A DNA stretch of 62,962 nucleotides, the filler included, from Platydemus manokwari (Eukaryota): assembly GCA_037951405.1 (NCBI GenBank). It is 6 parts of 6 records of this genome, joined end to end, with 100 filler letters (N's around TTAATTAATTAA, not from the genome) between each part and the next. Parts side by side here need not be neighbours in the genome. Positions count along the whole stretch, not along the records: positions 51,815 to 62,962 come from JBBMOY010876643.1; 5 more parts are not named here. One strand, written 5' to 3'. A program made the position numbers and the translations under genes. Below, one piece after another: positions 53,001-62,962 of the stretch (within the stretch, counting starts at the first letter, position 1; the number at the start of each line of letters is the position of its first letter). The notes beneath the pieces are model-generated. The model searched no databases. It had not been told where the DNA came from and saw nothing but the letters and a program-made list of their open reading frames with translations.

Positions 53001-55209
53001 ACATACTAATGTGATAACTCAAATGGTACTCTTAAATGAACATAAATATACATTATGGTATTGACATTAGTTTGAAATCTCAAGAGCTAAAATAATCTTC
53101 CTATTTTAATTCTATCTAATTATATAAACTTGGTTGTAATAATAATTGGATATAGTAATGATTTATTTACTAACTAAACTTGCCATTATGAGCAGCATAA
53201 TTATTTTTCTTGCAATTGACTCCGAAGAACACAAGCAATCAGAACACAGTAAACATAACTCTGATTATAAAGAAATATTGTGCGATATTTGGCACGTGTT
53301 AATCAAGAAGACAACGTACAGGAAAAATCATGAAAAATACAAGTAATTTTATTTTTAATGAAGATGCTAATAAATGCTAATAAATGTCAATAATTAAATA
53401 ACTACTAATATTATTGTCGACAAAATTATCAGTAAAGTGAATTGTTTTTAAAACAAGACCTCTTTTTACTAGAGGCGGTCATGACTTTAAAATCCACACA
53501 TTCGTTTTTACTCTATCACATTTTTAGCTTTGCACTGAATCTAATCACTGGAATTTTCAACCCAACATGTGAGTTCAATTAATAATTACAAAAGGTTATC
53601 TATTTATCTTTTAGGAAAACTCAAATGAAAACTAAAATAATATTTGCGCTACTTTAATTACAAAAATGTTTCAAATATTTATTACAAAAAATGAAAACAG
53701 GACTTACTCCATAGCACTTATTTTCCCAAGCTCCAGATTTAATGGGTATGGAGTTTAAAAAATCAAATTAATTGAAATCTCTTTGATCTTGGCAGTTTCC
53801 TAATTACTCTCATTAAAAATATCCCAAAACAATTTCACGTAGTTTACTTCAATAAATCTCAAAAGAATTCCAGTTGATCACCTGATTGATCCTCAACATC
53901 TTTCAATTTACCAAATGACTTTCAGCTACATTTTTGTATCAACAGACTGAATTGATACTCTATTTATATTTTTGTAGAGTAGCCGTCTCTATTCAGTTGT
54001 TGTTCCAACCTGTACATGTTTCATTAGTCTTTTAAAGAGAACATTTTATTAACACATTGACGGACAGTAGGATCAAATGAAGTTCGAAATTGATGGTTCT
54101 AGACTCAAGTGTCCCTTAATGTGTTAATAATAACTTTTAGATTAACGTTCTCAATTAATCGACTAAAGGCCTTTGTGATTTAACTCATTTTCTCGAACAT
54201 TAAAGTCAAAAATTAAATAATGTTAACAAAAGTTAGCTAATTAACTTGTATGTATTATTTTTGAATATCAATGTTTTGGATAAATAATGCAAATCAATGA
54301 ATATCAATTACCTAATTATATAACTTCTTGTTCAAAGTTGAGAAAGACAAATATCGATTGTTTCTCCATCGATGAATAACTTCATCCGCTGATAACCTCT
54401 AAGATCAAGTGTCCCATAATATTACTGTTTATTTCATATATTTAATTTCTATGTTATTAAAATCTTAAGCAATGTGAAAAGGAGATGTGGGGTTTAATAA
54501 TTTCAATTTGAAATTTTTTTTTAAATCTTAATTTGATTGAATAATTGTAATTAAAATATAATTTGGTGTCGTGACATTTCAGTTGTTTTTCAGTCCGTGA
54601 TAATTCGTGATTTATAAAATAGTTGCGGCTTACAAATATCATCACCATAAATACAATTATTTGATTGCAAAATGTTTTTATCTCGCAAAAATCTCAGGAT
54701 ATTATGGTTTTCACATTAAAATACGCGCACAATACACAACACAGTGAACTTATTCCAAAATATGTGCTTTACAAAATATATCTCGACTCACTTTTGGTTT
54801 TTCCCTTAATTTTTATAATCCAAATATCAAAGACGTAAAAAATTTAGTCGAGTTTCGAAGTTTTTATGAAATTCCGATTCCTGATAGATATCTTTCTGGT
54901 TTTTTTTCTTAGCATTCATCTTTTAAAGATGTTACGGTTATAGATCTGTTCATATAATGGCTAATGATTTTAGCTGATTTCGGTAACTCTTGCTTAATTG
55001 TTACTTTCAGGATACTTTTTATTAATATAATTGTTAAAAACATTATCCTTGGTACCGTTGTAATGTAATGTAATTATATAAACTAATTAAATAAATGATA
55101 TTAAATAAATATAAATGTTAAAAATAAAGATCAATAAAGAGTTGTATCATTAATGGAAGACGGGCCTAATTGTTGAGAAATGCAGTTAGTAATTTATAAT
55201 TATTATGAT

Positions 55210-55210
55210 A

Positions 55211-55265
<55 letters not shown>
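55210..55265. repeat. (ATT)n microsatellite
   Basis: Near-perfect ATT run. Confidence 0.9.
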
Positions 55266-55266
<1 letters not shown>

Positions 55267-56182
55267 ACACTGGTAATCGAGAATACAGATTGAAATGTGA
55301 CCTTGCAAATTGCTTATCATTTTTGTATTTTTCTGTACAATGAAAAGAAAAATCTAGTTAAATCTCATGATCATGTAATTGCTTATTTATTTTATCATAT
55401 AAATTTGTAAAGCTTGTAACAAGTTCCTATCAAAGAAATCTGAAATTAATTAAATCAATTCGAAAAATGTAACCGTTCTACTAATTCAGAACTTGAAATC
55501 TTCGTGGCCAAAGTAAAGCAATTTCAACACTTGTGTTGTTAGGTTTTAATTCAATAATCGACTTTGCAATAAATATATCAAACATGATTTCTTATCGGTC
55601 TACTCAGTACACTGCGTGTTCGGTATTTTATTGGTTACAATGCTTATTTTTATATGCCTTTAGCTACCAAAGGCTTTTATCACTGATTTTGTCTGAAATT
55701 GACTATATAGTGGAACTTGACAACTACTATTTGAACTTTTCTCTTATTCTTCCATTTCACAGAAACTGATTCAACAAGCCTCTATACGAAAATTTCAAAA
55801 TTTGTCAGATTTAAAATTATTATTTTCATTTTCATATCGATATATGATTTTTTTTCTAGTAAAATTCTCCAGAAACCATGTTTTCGCATTATTTTCCACG
55901 AATTCTTTCGTTTTTCAAAGAATTCCTTTTTATGTGAACTATTGTAATCACTTATGAAAATCAAAAAATTCAAGTTCCATTTATAGGTATGAGATTCAAA
56001 ATTGAAAACAATTCTGATTGGTTTTAAGAGTCTCATGATATATATGTGTGTGTATGTGTGTATTTATGTGTGTATATATATCAAACTATGTTTCAGGGCA
56101 ATAAAAATATGAATAATAAATCATAAATAAAAATCTCAACAAATATATTAAAAAATTCTATACAAGCTTAATATAATGAGTC

Positions 56183-58951
56183 TCATTTATTCAAATCATC
56201 AGGTACCTCCATACTGACCTTCCATTCTAAAGGCTTCCTGGACATCAATTTATTAAAGGCCTAAAGCAGAGACATAGATTCATTACAGAATTAAAAATTC
56301 GGGAAAAATTACTTGATAAGCAATCTCGGACTTCTCCATGGTAACGACATACACTACGGTAGATGTTGAACAAGCCACCATTTCAAAATTCTCAATGACA
56401 CATTTAGGCTAAACAGATTAAAAATTCTCACAAAACACAAACCATACCCCTTCAATGAGACCGAAGACCTGATCTGGGTAGAGCACCACACTGGCGGGTA
56501 CACACAAATAAATCTGTCGATTCGATTTGTCGTTTCCATTGGTTACCGTGAGTTGTGACACTATGCTAGTTTGTAATTGGTTGATCTCTCCTTGAACTGA
56601 ATCCCGGTTGGGATTTTGAGCTAATTGAATTGATTCTCTCATTTTCAGTCGCAACTCTTTCAGCTCGACGAATCGGGAATGATTTTCTTTGATATCACGA
56701 ATAAGGATGGCCTTCTTGATCTTATCACTCACTTTAAATTCAGCGATGAGACTTTCCAGCAAGGATTTATAGTGACCAATCGAATCATCGAGACGTTGCA
56801 ATTTGGATTTAGAACTGTTTTTCTGGACATGAAAATTTTTATCACAAAATTCTCTCCAATGGAGCGGAAAGGCTTACTTTATTTTCTTTTCGCAGTCTCA
56901 TCCGACGCTGATCGACAAGAGCTTGCCTTTTGAAATGAGAAATCGAATCTGCCGAATCCTATGAATCCATAATGAGACCTCAGAAATGCAGAGACAAACA
57001 TACCACAGAGTCGACATCACTGTCATTCAGAGCTCGCTCTAATTTCAGATCGAGATCATCGGTTTGGACAGACTGTTGATAGGATGTAGCTATATCGACC
57101 ACTTGTTGCGTTTCTCTCGAATCGTCAGTGGCAACGACAGCAGTTATTGTCTCAGGTTGACCCATGTCCATAAATTGATCGATTGGTTGATCCATAAGTT
57201 GATCTTCAAACACACCACTGGTTCTTTCGACTTTAACAGTTGATGGTGTTTGGTTAATGGTAACAACATCTGGATCATTTGGTAATATTTGCAAAGAACT
57301 CTCTCTGCTTCTCACTTGTGGACTTGCTGATTGTGAAACTGTATTTCTGGAGTTCCTGTAATAACTGTTAAATTGTTCAAATTCATCTCAGCGAAAACCT
57401 TTTCTTTTTTCTTGATCTTTTCCTCGAACTTTTTTTGTTTCTTTCCCGGCTGCCTCGGCGAGATTTTTTTCTGTTACGGCGTTTTTCATTAAATTTCTGT
57501 TTATCTTTATAAATTCTAGTCTTGATAAACCTGGTAAAATAAAACAAGGAATTATTGCCGAAATAATTAAGCGCTCTTCACCCGCCTGACCCCAGAGTAG
57601 CGAAACCTACCTATTGCACAGGATAGCCTCAGGTGATTTGTTAGCGGCATACGCATCTCTGCTCCTTACGTACTGAATGAGAGCACATTTTGGATCTCCA
57701 TTGAATTGGACTTCGACGTTGCGGAGAGTTCCGAATTTCCGAAAGTGCTTATTTAGTACACCTATTCGATTTAATTCCGGAGGAATGTCAGAGACAACAA
57801 GACTGTTTTTAGATTTGGATTTCGAAGAATCACTGTCTGATTTAGAATCAGTTGTTTCAACAAGATAGCCCAACTCCTTGTACCAGAGTGGACTATCGAA
57901 CATTGATGGAGGAGTGTAGGCCGTTGGTATGCTGCTGAATCTAGCGCATTCAGGATCAGAATCAAGAGATGAAACACTAATAACATCAACTTTGTCTCTA
58001 TGTGGTACTAAAATGAATAAATTGTTGTAATGAACAATTATTTGAATAATGAAAACACCACAAGTCAAGAAAGTCTCGATTATTAACTTAATTAAACAAT
58101 ATATATGACTGTTTTGGTCTTTATCAAGACAAAATAACATCTTTTTACTTGAATCATCATGATTTGGTAAAATGAACTCTGAACTATTGATAGTGGTTGC
58201 ATGACCCGTATTATAAAAAGAATTGAGAAGCACCTTACGCGGTTTCACCTGAAGCTCATTAAATATACAAAATCAATTAATCTATCTACCAGCATGGCTT
58301 TTCCGTGAGTAAATTTACAGGAATCTCCATCGATACAAAATCCTTTCTCAAGAAATGTTGAACAAGGTAAATCTATCTTTCTACTATTATTTACTGATTT
58401 TATTGATCTCGCTATATCATTCCACTTTAAACGAGAAATACCACGACTAATTCTGGAATGTTTCAAATTTCTTTTCTTAACTCCGTATAAATTTTTACGA
58501 CAAAAACTTTTTTCACTTTTATTCTCAAAACATGTATTATTTACGTTGTTTTCATGACCATTGCTTTTATTAGAAATATCATTACTTGAACCAAAGTTAT
58601 TAGATACACTTGAATTCTGGGAAAGACCGTACGTTCTTTTAATATTAAAAAAATTACATATTACATCGACGATTTCGTCAGTTTCTAGACTAAAAATAAG
58701 TCATGAAATGTACATACAATATTAAAACTTTTTTCCAATAAAAACTCTAATTCTTCCTTAATAATATTTTCTAAATTATCCCTATTTCGTAAAGCCTTAA
58801 GCAAGTTTATAATATACCTAACGCAACCACTTGGATTTTCAATTTCCCTAAAATTTAAAATTAAAAATAAATAAAATCACAATTAGTCCTACAGTTTCTT
58901 AAGGTTCATATACAATTCATCTTCAAAATCTTTTAAATTACTTAAATTCAT
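56183..58951 (-). CDS. RBM26: RNA-binding protein 26/27 homolog (PWI-like, CCCH zinc finger, RRM, coiled coil, second RRM-like domain); multi-exon
   Basis: ATG at 58951; exons 58951-58893, 58847-58729 and from 58684 give the PWI-like ...ENPSGCVRYIINLLK...EELEFLLEKKTDEIVD. The CCCH finger is CSTFLEKGFCIDGDSCKFTHG. The RRM LVVSDIPPELNRIGVLNKHFRKFGTLRNVEVQFNGDPKCALIQY...SPEAILCNR|FIK closely matches RBM26/27 RRM1. A coiled coil lies at about 56550-56800. The last exon is AFNKLMSRKPLEWKVSMEVPDDLNK*, ending at 56183. Some internal boundaries were not resolved. Confidence 0.9.
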
Positions 58952-59383
58952 ACTATTGTGAAAACTTGAAAAATATTATTTAAACAAATCAAAACTCAAT
59001 CGAAAATTTCTGTATAGCAATTAAGATTTGGCCATTAATAATTTAGCAGATCCTGGTGTTAATTAAAAAATTAAAATTAAAATTAAATAATTTTTTGAAA
59101 ATTTTTTATATTAACATACATTTATTACAAATATTTCAAAATGCAAATATATGCATTGCATAACAAATTTATTAAGGTATTATTAATTATAAGTTTGGCA
59201 CTTTAATATAAATAACTATTTGTAAAATGTGCATCTTCTTTATAAAAGCACAACTTAAATTTGCGACAACCAATCACTTAGTAGTAATAAACGTTACGTG
59301 ACCTATGATGTTATAAATAAAAATATTTAAGATATTTGCTAATATCAAAATAAGCATCTTATTTAATATCTCGGCACAAATTA

Positions 59384-60145
59384 ATGGATAATCAACTAAG
59401 TGAAAAAGTTAAATTAAGAGTTACATCTTCAAACAATCGACCAATTACAAATTGTTTGAATCTTTCAACTTCAATTAACAGAGATAACCCAGATTCACCA
59501 AAACAAAAGATCAGAATGACTAGAAGAGACTTCTGTGAAAATATCAGAGCCTGTCAGTGCAATCAAAGGCCAAGGTCAACATCAGAATATGATAAATCAA
59601 AAAAACACAAGTCCGTGACTTTTGCTGATGTGCTGGGTAACAATGCAGATATTCGAATTTACGATTCAAATCTTCCACCTCAGGTTCCAGATTACGTTTT
59701 CTCTGAATTAAGAATTTGTAGATCCCATTCTCCATCACCAGAAAAGGCCAAAAATTTTACTTTCGTACATAATTTTGTACCGAATGACAATGGTAATGTT
59801 GAGCAACACGTAAGAACCCGAAATGTTTCCCTTCACCGATTACTAATTACTGAAGAAATGGTATATGGCATTGTCGTTGTATCAAATATCGCATTTGACA
59901 AATTAATTTTTATAAGGTCCACTTCAGATAATTGGATTTCGTATAAAGATTATGAAGCAAATTTCAATTCTAGTCTTTCACAATCAGTTGATCAGTTCTC
60001 ATTCAAAATACCAATCCGATCAAATTGTTGCAGCTACGGTTTTAATTTGGAATTCGTTATTTGTTTCAAATGTGGTGGGCACGAGTTTTGGGACAATAAT
60101 AACGGTAAAAACTATAGTGTTAAGCAAACTGCGTCAGAAGACTAA
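59384..60145 (+). CDS. PPP1R3: Protein phosphatase 1 glycogen-targeting regulatory subunit (PPP1R3 family, CBM21), intronless
   Basis: It has the PP1-binding RVxF motif KKHKSVTFAD and the CBM21 motifs GIVVVSNIAFDKLIFIRST.DNW, DQFSFKI and EFVICFKCGGHEFWDNNNGKNY. Confidence 0.93.
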   Translation: MDNQLSEKVKLRVTSSNNRPITNCLNLSTSINRDNPDSPKQKIRMTRRDFCENIRACQCNQRPRSTSEYDKSKKHKSVTFADVLGNNADIRIYDSNLPPQVPDYVFSELRICRSHSPSPEKAKNFTFVHNFVPNDNGNVEQHVRTRNVSLHRLLITEEMVYGIVVVSNIAFDKLIFIRSTSDNWISYKDYEANFNSSLSQSVDQFSFKIPIRSNCCSYGFNLEFVICFKCGGHEFWDNNNGKNYSVKQTASED

Positions 60146-62388
60146 ATATTTTCATTTAATTTTGGTTGCTTCATAAAATATTTTATTATTTATTAACTTT
60201 TGTTTTACTTATTTATAAGTTACATGTGAAGTCCGAATATTAAATCGGAACATTACAGTTGCTATCAAAATCAGATGAAGCTTTTCACAATTATGTAAAC
60301 TTTTACAAGATGGATTTAAGAATTATACAGTGCAAGGGAATGTTTAAAATTCCATAAATCTATCTGAAAAATATGTAAAAATCAATTTTAAGGACATAAT
60401 TGCTCTTCTTACCTGTTTAAATGTCAGCTTATCTGATTGGCATTAAATGTTAATCAATACATAATTTTGGCCAATAAAATTATTTATAAAAATAACCAAT
60501 ACTGCCTTGATATAGAGTGATACTATTTAAGTTCAGTGGGTGATGTGGTGATTATTTCTGTCTCTTAATTTATTTTTCAGTTTTCTTAGGAAATATTAAA
60601 TTTTAAAAAAGAAATTGAATGGATGTGGAATAATATTTTCCAATTGGCAATTATTTTGTATAATTTATTAATTTCATTAAATCATGACAGAAAGTAAATT
60701 CATGGTAATTCGAATTCACAGTTATCGGATAATAATCAATCTGAAAATAGTAAGCATATTATTTGGTAAAAATGCTGTATTGTGACTAAATTTCATTATT
60801 TTGGCAAAATATAAACAATAAATATTAAATTAAAGATGTCAAAAGGTAGCATAGTAATAATTTGGCTATATTTAATTGTGGGAGTAAGTACATTAATCTG
60901 ACATATATTACATCAATCTGTTTTCTTTGACGAAATTATACCTACTAAAAATGTGACTCTTTCTTTTAATTACTTTTATTATTTTCTTTATATGTAATGT
61001 AATACCATAAAATTAGCATTAAATAATACTGAATATTTATTATAAATTGTTAAAATAAATAAATGGTAAAAATAATTTTTAAAACTTAAATTTTATGTCA
61101 CATAGGATGTATTCTTAAATATACTTTTCATAAAATGGATTTAAAACTTGGCATATTCAATGATGTCATAACAAAATAAATTTACTGTCTAATAAATTAA
61201 TACATTAAGAAGTGTAAAATATTTATTTTCATGAATTAGACACGTAATATAGTAATATTTAAATCATGAAACAATTTCGATATAATTATTTAATTTCGGT
61301 TGTTGTATTAAAAATCAAGACAGGAATAAAAGTTAAGCCTCCTCAACACGTAGAAGTGCGGAAAAATTTATTAAAAATATGAAAAGTTTTAATGTAATTC
61401 CAGAAAATAATAATTTAAAGGGAAATTAGGATTTAAAGTCATTGAAATTCCAAATAGCTAATAAGAAAACTATCGTTAACAATAATCTATTACATTACAC
61501 ATGAAAAATTTTGCAGAGATTAGCAAAGTAATTATTAGAACATCAAATTATAGAGGGTGAAAATAGCTAACATTTTTACTTTATTTAAAAATTTGGATTT
61601 AGAATTGTTTTAAAAAAGAAACATTTAATTAATTAACTAACTTTGTTTTTCGATATAAATATAATAATATAATATCCTGTACAATACTAAAATAAAATCA
61701 TTAACTAACCTGTCTATCTAATCATCATCATTTTCCACCAGTTTAAAGTACTGGTATGAGAGCAGTCATACTAATTTTCGAAAATAAAATTACCGCAAAA
61801 TTGAAAGTAGAAAAAAAGCAATACATACGAAAAATTAACAATTTTGCCTTGATTGATTTCGATTACACAACCACTATATATTTGTTATGTAAACCTTATG
61901 TAAACCAATGAAATTTACGTTTTGGTGAATGAGATTGATTTTATTAACGGAGATGGGTCATTGATAATAAATCCTTAATTCAATATGCGCAATAACAAGT
62001 CCATCAATTGTTCACTGCACCTTAATGTTAATTTTATAATTTTATTCAATATTTTATATCTTAATTAACTAATGTCGATTTTTAAGTTTATTTATCACGA
62101 TTTAATCATTATTTATTAATCTCTCATAAATGTTATGTTTCAGATAAATAATGTCTTAAATGAAAAATAAAATTATAAACAAAAATTTTTATAAAAAAGA
62201 AACCCTAAAACAAATATATTTTTAAGAACTAAAATTTAATTTTTTTAAGAAATAAAACAATAATAAATATTTCAAGAAAGATATAGGCAAATGTATGAAT
62301 CAAATCCCGCCAATTATTGAAAAAAGAAATAAACAAAGAATCAAAGACATAATGGGAAACAATATAAGCTGCACATCATACTCAGATC

Positions 62389-62479
62389 TTAGAATCCTGT
62401 GTGAATCGTAGATAAGAATAAACATCATTAGAATCCTGTGTGAATCGTAGATAAGAATAAACATCATTAGAATCCTGTG
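62389..62479. repeat. Perfect 39-bp tandem repeat, about 2.3 copies
   Basis: TTAGAATCCTGTGTGAATCGTAGATAAGAATAAACATCA occurs at 62389 and 62428, with a partial copy at 62467. Confidence 0.92.
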
Positions 62480-62962
62480 CCTTGACTATTGTGAACCGCC
62501 AACATATCATTCAATCCAAATAATCAACAATTTCAATGATCTAGACATTTCAACAATTTGATTAACAATTTTGATTACTAGAAATTTTGATATCGAAAAT
62601 TTTTGATTACTAAACTCTTGATTATCAATCAATATCTTGTGTATAACAAATAACATTATTATGATTTTGATGACTGATTATTTTGATCATTATTGAATCA
62701 ACATCTTTAATTTGATTTATTCGTTTATGTTTATTAATTTTGATTATGATTTAATAGTTTTTTTTAGTTTTAATTGTGATTATGTAAGGAAAGAGATGGA
62801 GGAAAGTGTTGGCAAGGATTAAATTAGATAAATAAAAGATGTTGGGATCCCCACCCATTCATGATACCAATTTAGTTTGAAATAATCATTAACAAAACCG
62901 AAAATAAAACAGAAACCCAAAAAGCCAGAAAATATATAAATATAAATTATACCGTATAAAGT

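Noticed and set aside
54399-54412. CTAAGATCAAGTGT match to U2 snRNA
   Set aside because: The match is only 14 nt and the flanks do not continue the U2 sequence (no GTAGTA branch-pairing region or 5' stem).
62389-62479. 39-bp repeat as a CRISPR array
   Set aside because: The copies are directly adjacent with no unique spacers, the context is eukaryotic and there are no cas genes.
2479-62962. Most of the 60-100-aa ORFs in the supplied track
   Set aside because: They are Ile/Phe/Asn/Tyr-rich translations of AT-rich or microsatellite DNA, or antisense and alternative-frame shadows of real exons.

Overview
This is very AT-rich eukaryotic, metazoan-type genomic DNA with many short (45-55 nt) GT-AG introns and (AAT)n microsatellites. 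A flatworm such as a planarian is a plausible source, but that is inference only. The window is a scaffold with five artificial 100-bp N44-TTAATTAATTAA-N44 joins and one plain 141-N gap. Host genes reconstructed by hand: two exons of a spectrin/dystrophin/plakin-type CH1 actin-binding domain; a two-RanBP2-zinc-finger protein; a divergent SIX homeobox gene; the 3' part of a teneurin; a six-exon, highly divergent farnesyl-diphosphate-synthase (FPPS)-like gene; an intronless double-RING protein; RBM26/27; and a head-to-head PP1 glycogen-targeting (CBM21) gene. Intergenic and intronic DNA holds decayed transposons: mariner D34D, a piggyBac-type MITE, a Chapaev3-like element, an RLE-clade non-LTR element, Ty3/gypsy fragments and a dispersed repeat family. 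The most interesting item is the FPPS paralog. It keeps both DDxxD motifs but has lost the IPP-binding motifs and the aromatic chain-length floor, the pattern seen in IDS-derived terpene synthases, and it carries one in-frame TGA at a conserved Trp. A possible CH1-RanBP2 zinc-finger fusion gene and the tandem-RING gene are also worth checking.
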